Shown here in pieces: positions 24,053-32,000 of a stretch of DNA of 32,000 bases. Both the position numbers and the translations under genes were made by a program. The stretch's first letter is position 1. Each line of letters begins with the position of its first letter. The notes under the pieces were generated by a model. It did no database searches, was not told where the DNA came from, and saw only the letters and a list, made by a program, of their open reading frames with translations. Source of the stretch: Candidatus Jettenia ecosi (lineage in GTDB: Bacteria; Planctomycetota; Brocadiia; Brocadiales; Brocadiaceae); contig SULG01000002.1 in assembly GCA_005524015.1 (NCBI GenBank), positions 4,221 through 36,220 of the forward strand. The letters run 5' to 3'.

Positions 24053-25078
24053 ATGTCAGAACGTTATGTCCGGCAGACAATGTTTTATGGTATAGGCAAT
24101 CATGGCCAAAAAATACTTATGGATAAGTCTGCCGTGCTTATCGGTTGCGGCGCCTTAGGCTGCACCTCAGCAAACCTTCTTGTCCGCAGCGGAATTGGAT
24201 GCCTGAAAATTGTAGACCGTGATTATATTGAAGAAAGTAATTTGCAACGCCAATCCTTATTTGATGAAGAAGATATAAAAAAAAACCTCCCCAAATCTGT
24301 CGCCGCACAAAAAAAACTTCAAGCAGTTAATTCCCATATCCGGATTGAATCCTGTGTTGCTGACCTTAATCCATCGAATATAGGATCCCTTTTAGAGAAT
24401 ACCGATATTGTTATTGATGGAACTGATAATTTTGAAACACGGTTCCTGATGAATGATTATTGTGTGAAAAAAGAGATACCCTGGATTTATGGGGCATGCA
24501 TCGGGTCTGTAGGTTTAATCATGGATATTGTTCCGTCAAAAACGCCCTGTTTGCGGTGTCTGCTTGAACATATCCCGCCTTTTGGCACCACAGAAACATG
24601 CGATACGGCAGGGATTATTGCGCCCATTGCAAGTATTATTGCTTCTATCCAGGTAGCAGAAGCATTAAAGATCTTAACAAACAACTTTGATGCCTTAAAT
24701 AACGGTCTTTTAAAGATAGACATCTGGCAAAATGAGATAAAAAGATTGCATGTCGGGGAGATCAAAAGGAAGTCTGACTGTGTAACATGCAAACAACATT
24801 ATTATGAATTCCTGTCCAAAGATAGCTATTCAATGACCACCTCTTTGTGTGGCAGAAATGCCGTACAAATTTTACACCCCAACAGATCAAAATTAGATTT
24901 AACGCAGCTTGCAGCACGACTTGAAAAAGTAGGAACGGTCTCTTTTAATAACTTTTTATTACGGTTAAAGACAGAGAAATATGATATAACAATATTTCCT
25001 GATGGACGCTCAATTATTTCTGGCACAAATGATGTGTCTCTGGCAAAAGGGCTTTACGCAAAATATATAGGAATGTAA
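24053..25078 (+). CDS. ThiF/MoeB/HesA-family E1-like adenylyltransferase (long, Bacillus-ThiF-like form)
   Basis: 'RYVRQ', Rossmann 'LIGCGALGC', 'DRDYIEESNLQRQ', 'DGTDNFETRF', Zn-type CxxC pairs 'CLRC' and 'CVTC', plus a C-terminal ~90-aa extension ('LCGRNAVQI...FPDGRSIISGT'). Confidence 0.85.
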   Translation: MSERYVRQTMFYGIGNHGQKILMDKSAVLIGCGALGCTSANLLVRSGIGCLKIVDRDYIEESNLQRQSLFDEEDIKKNLPKSVAAQKKLQAVNSHIRIESCVADLNPSNIGSLLENTDIVIDGTDNFETRFLMNDYCVKKEIPWIYGACIGSVGLIMDIVPSKTPCLRCLLEHIPPFGTTETCDTAGIIAPIASIIASIQVAEALKILTNNFDALNNGLLKIDIWQNEIKRLHVGEIKRKSDCVTCKQHYYEFLSKDSYSMTTSLCGRNAVQILHPNRSKLDLTQLAARLEKVGTVSFNNFLLRLKTEKYDITIFPDGRSIISGTNDVSLAKGLYAKYIGM

Positions 25079-25084
25079 TACATT

Positions 25085-26233
25085 ATGATCTATCTCGATA
25101 ATGCAGCAACAACATTTCCAAAACCGGAAATTGTTTATAAGACAATGGACACATTCTATCGGACCTTAGGAGCGAACCCTGGCCGCTCAGGCCACAGGAT
25201 GGCAGTGGCGGCAGAAAAAGAAATTGAGGATACACGCGATGTTGTTGCGCGATTATTTGGTATCAAGGATTTGCGGCGATTTGTTTTTACGTTTAATGCC
25301 ACTGATGCGATAAATATGGGAATTAAAGGATTACTCAAAACGGGCGACCATGCCATTACAACTCATCTTGAACATAATGCTGTATCCCGGTCTCTTTATA
25401 GTCTTGAGAAAAAGGGCATCATCACAATAACCAAGGTTAAAAATTCTCCGGAAGGTCTTATTGATCCAAATGATATCAAGGCTGCTATTACGTCCAAAAC
25501 CCGATTAATCGTTATGGCGCATGCTCCTAATGTTCTGGGTACGATTCAACCAATTAAGGAAATTGGCTGCATTGCAAGAGAACATGATATTTTGTTTATG
25601 GTAGATGCTGCTCAAACGGCGGGGGTATGTGAAATCGATGTTAATAAGTATGCCATTGACATGCTTGCCTTTACAGGACACAAAGGTACGTTAGGACCAA
25701 CAGGGACTGGCGGATTGTATGTAGGAGAGCGATTAACGCTTGACCCCTGGCGGGAAGGCGGTACAGGTTTTGAGCCTGCATCATTATCGCAACCGGAAGA
25801 GTTACCGTTCAAACTCGAGAGTGGGACACCCAATACGGTGGGTATAGCAGGTCTGAGGGCCGGTATTGAATATATTGCATCCACAGGTATCCATACCATC
25901 AGAATGCATGAACAAAAATTAATCAATAAACTCATACTGGCGCTAAAAGATGATCAGCGTTTTATCCTGTATGGAACGCAGGAGATATCGAAGAAAGTAG
26001 GCATTCTTTCTCTCAATGTAAAAGGATTTAAGCCGGCGGAGATTGGAGCCATCCTTGATCAGTCTTTCGATATTGCGGTGCGTCCGGGTCTTCATTGTGC
26101 TCCTTTTGCGCATCAAATGATGGGGACATTTCCCGATGGAACCGTAAGGATAAGCCCCGGATGTTTTACTACAGAGGAAGAGATAGATCAACTCATAGCT
26201 GCACTCGGTCAAATTGCGAGTGAGAAAATATAA
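25085..26233 (+). CDS. Class V aminotransferase-fold cysteine desulfurase family protein
   Basis: 'IYLDNAATTFPKP', PLP lysine in 'FTGHKGTLGPTG', active-site Cys in 'RPGLHCAPFAH'. Confidence 0.85.
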   Translation: MIYLDNAATTFPKPEIVYKTMDTFYRTLGANPGRSGHRMAVAAEKEIEDTRDVVARLFGIKDLRRFVFTFNATDAINMGIKGLLKTGDHAITTHLEHNAVSRSLYSLEKKGIITITKVKNSPEGLIDPNDIKAAITSKTRLIVMAHAPNVLGTIQPIKEIGCIAREHDILFMVDAAQTAGVCEIDVNKYAIDMLAFTGHKGTLGPTGTGGLYVGERLTLDPWREGGTGFEPASLSQPEELPFKLESGTPNTVGIAGLRAGIEYIASTGIHTIRMHEQKLINKLILALKDDQRFILYGTQEISKKVGILSLNVKGFKPAEIGAILDQSFDIAVRPGLHCAPFAHQMMGTFPDGTVRISPGCFTTEEEIDQLIAALGQIASEKI

Positions 26234-26524
26234 TCAGGCCGGAAAGATAAAACATCTGCAAAAATGCGTGAAGATATACCTGTTTTTATCAATTTCACAA
26301 AATAATATTTTCTGTTTGCATTATTTCCTTTTGTTCATGTATAATCCACATTCGATTGATAAGTAGGTTGTTCGCTTAGATAGTTTACAAGTCATTTTCT
26401 GTTTGATTTGGTTTTATAGGTTTGCTCTTTTGTGGAAGCGAAGTACTTAAGAATAATTGTAGTTTGAGGTATCATGTATAAGCTTTGTATATATCGGGAA
26501 ACTATAATATCCTAATACGGTAAA

Positions 26525-27745
26525 GTGAATAATCTAATAAAATATTTTAAGACAAGATCCTTCGTAGTTCTTTTTGCAGTTTTTTTCATAGCTGCCCATC
26601 CAAATGCTTATTCTTTTGACTATCACGAGCCAGTTCTCTCAATTACCAACTTTCTTGATTCACTCTCGTATGATTATAAAGGTTTTAACATAAAACTTAC
26701 AGGAATATCAGTTGGTGAGACCTATGATGATAATGTTACCTTTCAAAATGAGAATGAAGAAGGCGATTTTATAACGGATGCGAGTATCGGATTCGGTATA
26801 AGCTACACCGGTAAAGCCAGTAGTTTTGCATTAATAGGTAATTTACACAGTCAGGCATTTATGAAGAATAGTGAATTCAACAATATCTCTGAAGATATTG
26901 ATTTTAGTTTTAATCATGAATTCTCAGAAAATGATCGCTTGAGTTTAAAAAATGTCTTTGTTTATTCAGAGGCTCCTCTCTTTTTCCGGGATGATTTTTT
27001 TGATGAGCAGTTTGTAAGAGAAGGGGGAAGATTTAAACATTATACAAATCGTTTCAATATTGACTATACAAAAGATATCAGCAGACAGATTTCTGTTACC
27101 GTGCGATATATGAATGATCTAAATGCATTTTCTGAGGTTGATATACAAACTTCATATCTCAATAGTGGAGGTTTTGAAATAGGTTACTTATTAAGCTCTG
27201 CTACCCGTTTCTCTGTATCGTACGATATCCTTCACAGACAATTTGAAAATGCTGAGGATGCCTTAGTAAACACCATTACTACGGGAATAAGGCAATATAT
27301 AACGAAAAAGCTTTATTTTGATGGTGGAGTTGGTGTCGATTTCATAGATTCTTTTGACGATAAAAACTACACCAGACCGCTTTATTTCGCATCAGTTACG
27401 TATGAAGTAGATGAAAGAACGAGTGCAGGCATTTCATTCTTAAAGAAAAATAGTACCAATGCTTATACCGCAGATATTTTTAATGAGTGGAGGACAGCAA
27501 TTAACTTCGAACGGCAGATTTTAGAAAGATTTGGATGCGCATTTTCTGTTTTTTATGGCGATGGTGAATATGTTTCTTCAAATTTCCAAAGAGAACTGTT
27601 TGGAGTAAAAACAGGCTTAACTTATGATATAAATAAGAATTTGCGTGCGGATCTAACCTATTCCTATTCAGATTTGAGCTCTAATATTCAGACTACTGAA
27701 TACGAAAAAAATACTATTTTCTTAGGATTAATTGCAGAGTTTTAA
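26525..27745 (+). CDS. Outer-membrane beta-barrel protein of the polysaccharide locus
   Basis: GTG start. Signal peptide 'FVVLFAVFFIAAHPNAYS'. Alternating hydrophobic beta-strand pattern rich in Y/F/S/T/N. C-terminal 'FLGLIAEF' with terminal Phe. Confidence 0.7.
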   Translation: MNNLIKYFKTRSFVVLFAVFFIAAHPNAYSFDYHEPVLSITNFLDSLSYDYKGFNIKLTGISVGETYDDNVTFQNENEEGDFITDASIGFGISYTGKASSFALIGNLHSQAFMKNSEFNNISEDIDFSFNHEFSENDRLSLKNVFVYSEAPLFFRDDFFDEQFVREGGRFKHYTNRFNIDYTKDISRQISVTVRYMNDLNAFSEVDIQTSYLNSGGFEIGYLLSSATRFSVSYDILHRQFENAEDALVNTITTGIRQYITKKLYFDGGVGVDFIDSFDDKNYTRPLYFASVTYEVDERTSAGISFLKKNSTNAYTADIFNEWRTAINFERQILERFGCAFSVFYGDGEYVSSNFQRELFGVKTGLTYDINKNLRADLTYSYSDLSSNIQTTEYEKNTIFLGLIAEF

Positions 27746-27799
27746 CATAATAAAAAATTAATTAAAGACTCTATATACAAAATTCCAATTCCCTTTGTC

Positions 27800-27865
27800 A
27801 TTCCCAGGCAAGTGGGAATCCGGATAAAATAACATCTTCCATCACGGACAAACGGAGTTTGTCCG
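27800..27865 (+). terminator. Two short hairpins after the OMP gene (ATTCCCA-N6-TGGGAAT; CGGACAAA-N5-TTTGTCCG)
   Basis: 7-bp stem at 27800-27819 and 8-bp stem at 27845-27865, 55-120 nt after the stop. There is no clear U-tract. Confidence 0.35.
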
Positions 27866-27979
27866 CACCATTCTACATATCAATTTACCTATTTATTGAT
27901 TGTGAACCCTTTGAGCATAAAAAGTTCTTCCTAAAATATTCTCCATAAAATCCTCAAAATTTTTACTTTTCCTTACTGT

Positions 27980-28027
27980 GTGACATGTCACGCCTTTGTG
28001 ACATGTCACAGAAGCGTGACATGTCAC
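27980..28027. promoter_or_regulatory. Cluster C: three perfect 12-bp palindromes GTGACATGTCAC at exact 18-bp spacing (candidate UAS)
   Basis: Sites at 27980-27991, 27998-28009 and 28016-28027, all identical and perfectly dyad-symmetric. Confidence 0.65.
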
Positions 28028-28360
28028 GTTTTCTGTGTTTCATTTTGGTAATCTCTTGTTTTGTAATTATACCATCTATACTATTCTGCATGTATCCGTA
28101 AATCTAAATCCGTAAAAAAATACTATCGCAAGGCTATTTCCTGTGTCTATCCTTATGACATTGTTATACCTTGTCTATTTTCCTGCCATAATTATCCTTA
28201 CTTCATATGAAAACAACCCACCTGGATAACATCTTATTTTTCATTATTCTCTCCTGCCACAATAAATGACACTCATTTCTCTATGTTTTTTACGATCTAA
28301 AGGTGTACAGAAGTTTACTCTTAAAAATAAAATAATCAATTTCCACATTCCTTGAGATAT

Positions 28361-28376
28361 TGGCATATATTTTTCT
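28361..28376 (+). promoter_or_regulatory. Sigma-54-like promoter TGGCAT-N5-TTTCT upstream of the EPS operon
   Basis: GG at 28362-63 and the -12 C at 28375 have canonical 12-nt spacing. The extended sequence ATTGGCATATATTTTTCTAT mirrors 5322-5341. Lies 37-70 nt upstream of the candidate starts of the sugar-transferase gene. Confidence 0.45.
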
Positions 28377-28412
28377 ATATACACTCTCAAGTAATTAAAA
28401 AAGATTTTTTCA

Positions 28413-29852
28413 ATGTGTTTTTCACCGTGCCATATAAATAGTGCTATGTTAAAAGAACATTATGTCATATTCAGAGGCCTGATGACGTTTTCAGACATGT
28501 GTATAGTCTTTGCTACTTTCTTTTTAGGATTTTACTTAAGAAAACATCCTAATGGTTATTATCAGATGAGTGATTATCTTATCCTTATACCTATACTTCT
28601 TATTATTTGGGGAGTCCTTTTATACTGCTTTGGAATGTATAACTCCTTCAGAACCAAACATATATCAGATGTCTTATTTATTGTAATCGAAGCAGCTCTT
28701 GTTGGATGTAGTCTTTTTGGAAGCTTCATCTTCATCACAAAAATGAATTCCGTTAGCAGACTCCATATCGTTTACTCATTTCTTTTCGCAGTAATGTTCA
28801 TAAGTATTGAAAAAATTGCTCTCATACAATTTTTTCGGTATCAACGGAAAAAAGGTTTTAATACAAGGAATATTTTAATCGTTGGAACAGGTGTAAGGGC
28901 GCAACATCTTATCAATTTAATTAACAATCATCCTGAATGGGGAATCAGGATAATCGGTCTCGTCGATAATGATACAACAAAAATAAACACGATGATCTGT
29001 GGATACAAAGTAATCGGATCCTTTAACGATGTAAGTGATATTCTTCATAATTGTGTTGTTGACGAGGTTATATTTGTTGTTCCGCGCTCATGGCTCAGCA
29101 AGATTGAAAAGATAATGTCTATGTGTGAGATTGAGGGATTAAAGGTAAGTGTGGCGCTTGATTTATTTGAACTTAAATTATCAAAGGCAAAATATAGTAA
29201 TTTGGAAAAGCTTCCTTTGCTTACCTTTGAGAGTACACCCGATAAATTATTGCATCTTTTTATTAAGCGATTATTTGACTTAGGTATTTCTACAACTGCC
29301 CTTGTCTTATCATCGCCGGTTTTTGCGTTAGCTGCTATAACGGTAAAAATGACATCAAGAGGGCACATCTTTTTTAAACAGCAAAGATGTAGCCTGAATG
29401 GCAGAACATTTACCATGTATAAGTTCAGAACAATGGTTGAAGATGCCGAAAGCAAACTCAACGACCTTCTTAAATATAATGAAATGAAAGGCCCTGCCTT
29501 TAAAATGAAAAACGATCCCAGAGTAACGAGGGTTGGGAAATTTTTAAGAAAATTTAGTATAGATGAACTACCACAATTATGGAGTGTATTTAAAGGTGAT
29601 ATGAGCCTGGTGGGCCCAAGGCCTCCCATTCCGAATGAAGTAAGTAAATATGAGCCCTGGCAACGAAGACGGCTCAGTATGCGACCAGGTTTAACATGCC
29701 TTTGGCAGGCATGCGGAAGAAATAAAATAACTGATTTTAACGAATGGATGCGGCTGGACTTAACGTATATTGATAACTGGTCGCTCTGGCTTGATTGTAA
29801 AATATTATTAAAAACACTACCGGTAGTGTTGTTTGGAGTAGGAGCAAAATAG
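28413..29852 (+). CDS. Polyprenyl-phosphate hexose-1-phosphate transferase (bacterial sugar transferase, priming glycosyltransferase)
   Basis: N-terminal TM helices and a central Rossmann-like segment 'ILIVGTGVRAQ'. C-terminal catalytic domain 'KRLFDLGIS', 'YKFRTM', 'DELPQLWSVFKGDMSLVGPRPP'. The start may be the internal Met at 28446. Confidence 0.9.
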   Translation: MCFSPCHINSAMLKEHYVIFRGLMTFSDMCIVFATFFLGFYLRKHPNGYYQMSDYLILIPILLIIWGVLLYCFGMYNSFRTKHISDVLFIVIEAALVGCSLFGSFIFITKMNSVSRLHIVYSFLFAVMFISIEKIALIQFFRYQRKKGFNTRNILIVGTGVRAQHLINLINNHPEWGIRIIGLVDNDTTKINTMICGYKVIGSFNDVSDILHNCVVDEVIFVVPRSWLSKIEKIMSMCEIEGLKVSVALDLFELKLSKAKYSNLEKLPLLTFESTPDKLLHLFIKRLFDLGISTTALVLSSPVFALAAITVKMTSRGHIFFKQQRCSLNGRTFTMYKFRTMVEDAESKLNDLLKYNEMKGPAFKMKNDPRVTRVGKFLRKFSIDELPQLWSVFKGDMSLVGPRPPIPNEVSKYEPWQRRRLSMRPGLTCLWQACGRNKITDFNEWMRLDLTYIDNWSLWLDCKILLKTLPVVLFGVGAK

Positions 29853-29935
29853 AATCAAAATTGGAAAATCAAATACCGAATAGTTTTAATCACGCTTTGA
29901 TTTTTGAATTACTCTTTCATGAGGGGGTAAAGAAA

Positions 29936-30775
29936 TTGAAAAACATATTCATAAGTTTGTTGATATTTTCTAGTGTGTTTATAGCAATGGCATTCAATTA
30001 TGCTGATGAATCTGCAAAACAATATACCGTTGGGGTAGACGATGTACTTGAGATAAGTGTGCTAGGACATGATGAACTAAAAACGGTAGCACATGTCGCA
30101 TCAGATGGGGCAATATCTTTTCCCTATGTAGGAGTGCTTTATGTGAAAGGCATGAGCCTTTCAGAAATAGAAAAGGAACTATCGAAAAAGCTCTCCGGCG
30201 GTTACATAAAGTATGCAGTAGTATCGGTAACCCTATCAAGTTATAAGAGCATGAAGTTTTTTGTGTACGGTGAAGTCGGAAGCCCGGGAAGGTTTGATCT
30301 CGAAGATAATATCACTGTATTAAAAGCTATTTCAACAGCCGGCGGTATTACTCCAGACGGCCTTTATGGCAATGTAAAACTAAGGAGGAAACAGAAAACT
30401 AAACCCGGATACAAGGAAATCAATATAAATCTAAAAAACACAAAAGAGAGTCATTTACATGCAGATATGCCTATTGAAAGTGAAGATATAGTGATTGTAG
30501 AGCGTAGTAATAGTTTTTTTGTCTATGGTGAGGTTTTAAAACCAGGTAAATTTATTCTTGAGGAAAATACTACAGTCCTTAAGGCTATATCTCTTTCCGG
30601 CGGTTTTGCAAAATATGGTTCTCCTGACAGGGTTAAGATACTCAGGACAGAACAGGGCAAATCAGGATATAAAAGTATCAAAGTTGATATGAAAGGCGCT
30701 GTAAACGGTCAAATAGGAAAAGATATTCTTATAGAACCAGAAGATATAGTAATTGTATTAGAAGGAATTCTTTAG
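29936..30775 (+). CDS. Polysaccharide export protein (Wza-like: Poly_export + two SLBB domains)
   Basis: 'YTVGVDDVLEISVLGHDEL...DGAISFPYVG', with two repeats of 'FFVYGEV..PG.F.LE.N.TVLKAIS..GG'. The track starts at TTG 29861. TTG 29936 follows SD GAGGGGG and begins a signal-peptide-like 'KNIFISLLIFSSVFIAMA'. Confidence 0.85.
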   Translation: MKNIFISLLIFSSVFIAMAFNYADESAKQYTVGVDDVLEISVLGHDELKTVAHVASDGAISFPYVGVLYVKGMSLSEIEKELSKKLSGGYIKYAVVSVTLSSYKSMKFFVYGEVGSPGRFDLEDNITVLKAISTAGGITPDGLYGNVKLRRKQKTKPGYKEININLKNTKESHLHADMPIESEDIVIVERSNSFFVYGEVLKPGKFILEENTTVLKAISLSGGFAKYGSPDRVKILRTEQGKSGYKSIKVDMKGAVNGQIGKDILIEPEDIVIVLEGIL

Positions 30776-30784
30776 GGGATTACC

Positions 30785-32000
30785 ATGAATTTGAATTTTT
30801 CAGGAAGTACGTTACGAGACTATCTCAGGATTATATTCGGGCACAAGACTGTAATCATCAATACGCTGGTGATCATCATGATAAGTGTCTTAATTGGTCA
30901 GGAGCTTAAGACTCCCGTTTACCAAGCTCAGGTTAAGATGTTAGTTTCGGCAGAAAAACAATTTGAGAGCCCCTATTATAGAGTTTTGGAAGGCTATCAA
31001 CATATGACTCAGAATGAGATTGTATTCTCAAATCCTGTAATTGAACGTGCTGTTAAAGTGCTTAAGCTCCACGAGCGCCCGAGTGATTATGAACTAAATT
31101 ACTGTTCTGTGTTTAAAGCATGGTTAATTCATGTAAAAGACAAATACCTGGTGAATTTAAAGCCCAACTGGCTGACGGAACTCCAGCAGAAGAAACTGGA
31201 ATCAAAACATATTTCACCTGAACAAGAGCGGGCGTATGCCTTCCGGATGAATGTTGAAAATTTAAAAACTACCATAACCGTTGAACCAATAAAAGATACA
31301 AACATATTTACCATAGGCGCTACTGATTTTGATCCTGTAGCAGCAGCTACGATTGCCAATGTGGTAAGCCGCTCATATATTATTTTTGATCTTGAACAGC
31401 AATTGGCGCAACTCCAACTGCAATATGAGAAAAAACATCCTATTATCATACAATTGAGAAATGAAATTGATAAGATGACGAGAAATCTTGCAGGCGATAC
31501 ACTTCCCGATTTAGAGGCAATCGGGCCTGCAACTGTTAAGGTTATTGAGCAAGCACAGATCCCTCTCAGACCAATAGGAATAAGCAAGCGTATTACTATG
31601 GTTATTGCGCTTTTTATGGGTTTATTTGTGGGAGTTATGCTTACATTTGGGCTTGAATATATTGATCATACCCTTAAGTCGCCACTTGATGTAGAGACAT
31701 TTCTCAATGTACCGCTTTTGGGTTCTCTCCCACGGAAAGGATTTAAAGATAAAAAGTTAATTAAGGATAAAAGGCGGACAACTCCTCTTGCGCAGTTTTA
31801 TCACAACCTTTCCGATCGGGTACAAATATTGATGAAAGAGAAAAATGTAAGGTCTATTTTGATAACAGCCTCTTCACCCTCTGACGGCTCTACAACTATT
31901 ATCGCTAATCTGGGTAATTTCTTATCCAACAAAGCAGGCCATAAAGTACTTATCATAGATGCTAACTTAAAAACTCCCACTATGCATAAAATATTTAAAA
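30785..32000 (+). CDS. Wzz/GumC-type chain-length determinant fused to a BY-kinase-like P-loop domain (3' end outside window)
   Basis: Hand translation from ATG 30785 (SD AGGGGA) stays open to the window end. TM1 'TVIINTLVIIMISVLIG', coiled-coil periplasmic region, TM2 'ITMVIALFMGLFVGVMLTF', then 'ILITASSPSDGSTTIIANLG...KVLIIDANL'. It is not in the ORF track because no stop is reached. Confidence 0.85.
   Translation, partial: MNLNFSGSTLRDYLRIIFGHKTVIINTLVIIMISVLIGQELKTPVYQAQVKMLVSAEKQFESPYYRVLEGYQHMTQNEIVFSNPVIERAVKVLKLHERPSDYELNYCSVFKAWLIHVKDKYLVNLKPNWLTELQQKKLESKHISPEQERAYAFRMNVENLKTTITVEPIKDTNIFTIGATDFDPVAAATIANVVSRSYIIFDLEQQLAQLQLQYEKKHPIIIQLRNEIDKMTRNLAGDTLPDLEAIGPATVKVIEQAQIPLRPIGISKRITMVIALFMGLFVGVMLTFGLEYIDHTLKSPLDVETFLNVPLLGSLPRKGFKDKKLIKDKRRTTPLAQFYHNLSDRVQILMKEKNVRSILITASSPSDGSTTIIANLGNFLSNKAGHKVLIIDANLKTPTMHKIFK

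Noticed and set aside
29045-29629. 194-aa minus-strand ORF
   Set aside because: It is antisense to the highly conserved catalytic domain of the sugar transferase. It has a low-complexity composition and no motif. The antisense ORFs at 17533-17967 (in the reductase), 31129-31587 (in the Wzc-like gene) and 25612-25935 (in the desulfurase) are rejected for the same reason.
1-32000. tRNA, rRNA, tmRNA, RNase P or prophage/defence-system genes
   Set aside because: No T-arm/anticodon-arm architecture, rRNA-like conserved blocks, integrase, transposase, restriction, toxin-antitoxin or cas-like ORFs were recognised on either strand.

Overview
AT-rich (about 40% GC by eye) bacterial chromosomal window, analysed by eye only, with no searches run. 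There are four blocks. (1) 1-11.4 kb is a signalling island: a 5'-truncated PAS histidine kinase, two tandem paralogous REC-PAS-AAA+-HTH sigma-54 activators, a PAS/HD-GYP protein and a PAS/GGDEF cyclase. These genes are separated by unusually long intergenic regions packed with several families of hairpin, MITE-like and tandem repeats. (2) 11.4-20.3 kb is an atypical fatty-acid/polyketide-like cluster: AcpS, a B12-binding radical SAM enzyme, an active ketosynthase, a catalytically dead CLF-like ketosynthase, a FadH-type dienoyl reductase, a crotonase, FabG and a muconolactone-isomerase-fold protein. This is the most interesting candidate system. It resembles the type of cluster proposed, but never proven, for ladderane or other unusual lipid biosynthesis. 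(3) 20.3-26.2 kb holds hemA and a CcsA/HemX-like gene on the minus strand. Divergent from them is a putative sulfur-relay/Fe-S operon: a DUF1858 redox-disulfide protein, Nfu, an unknown Cys-rich protein, a ThiF-type E1 and a cysteine desulfurase, with no visible ThiS/MoaD carrier. (4) 26.5-32 kb is an exopolysaccharide export locus: an OM beta-barrel, a priming phosphoglycosyl transferase, a Wza-like exporter and a Wzc-like co-polymerase/kinase with a degenerate Walker A. A GTGACATGTCAC-type palindrome occurs in three clusters of three sites with about 17-18 bp spacing. Two of these clusters lie upstream of near-identical sigma-54-like promoters (TGGCAY-N5-TTTCTAT), in front of the second activator gene and the EPS operon. 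This suggests an enhancer-binding-protein regulon. No tRNA, rRNA or CRISPR was found.
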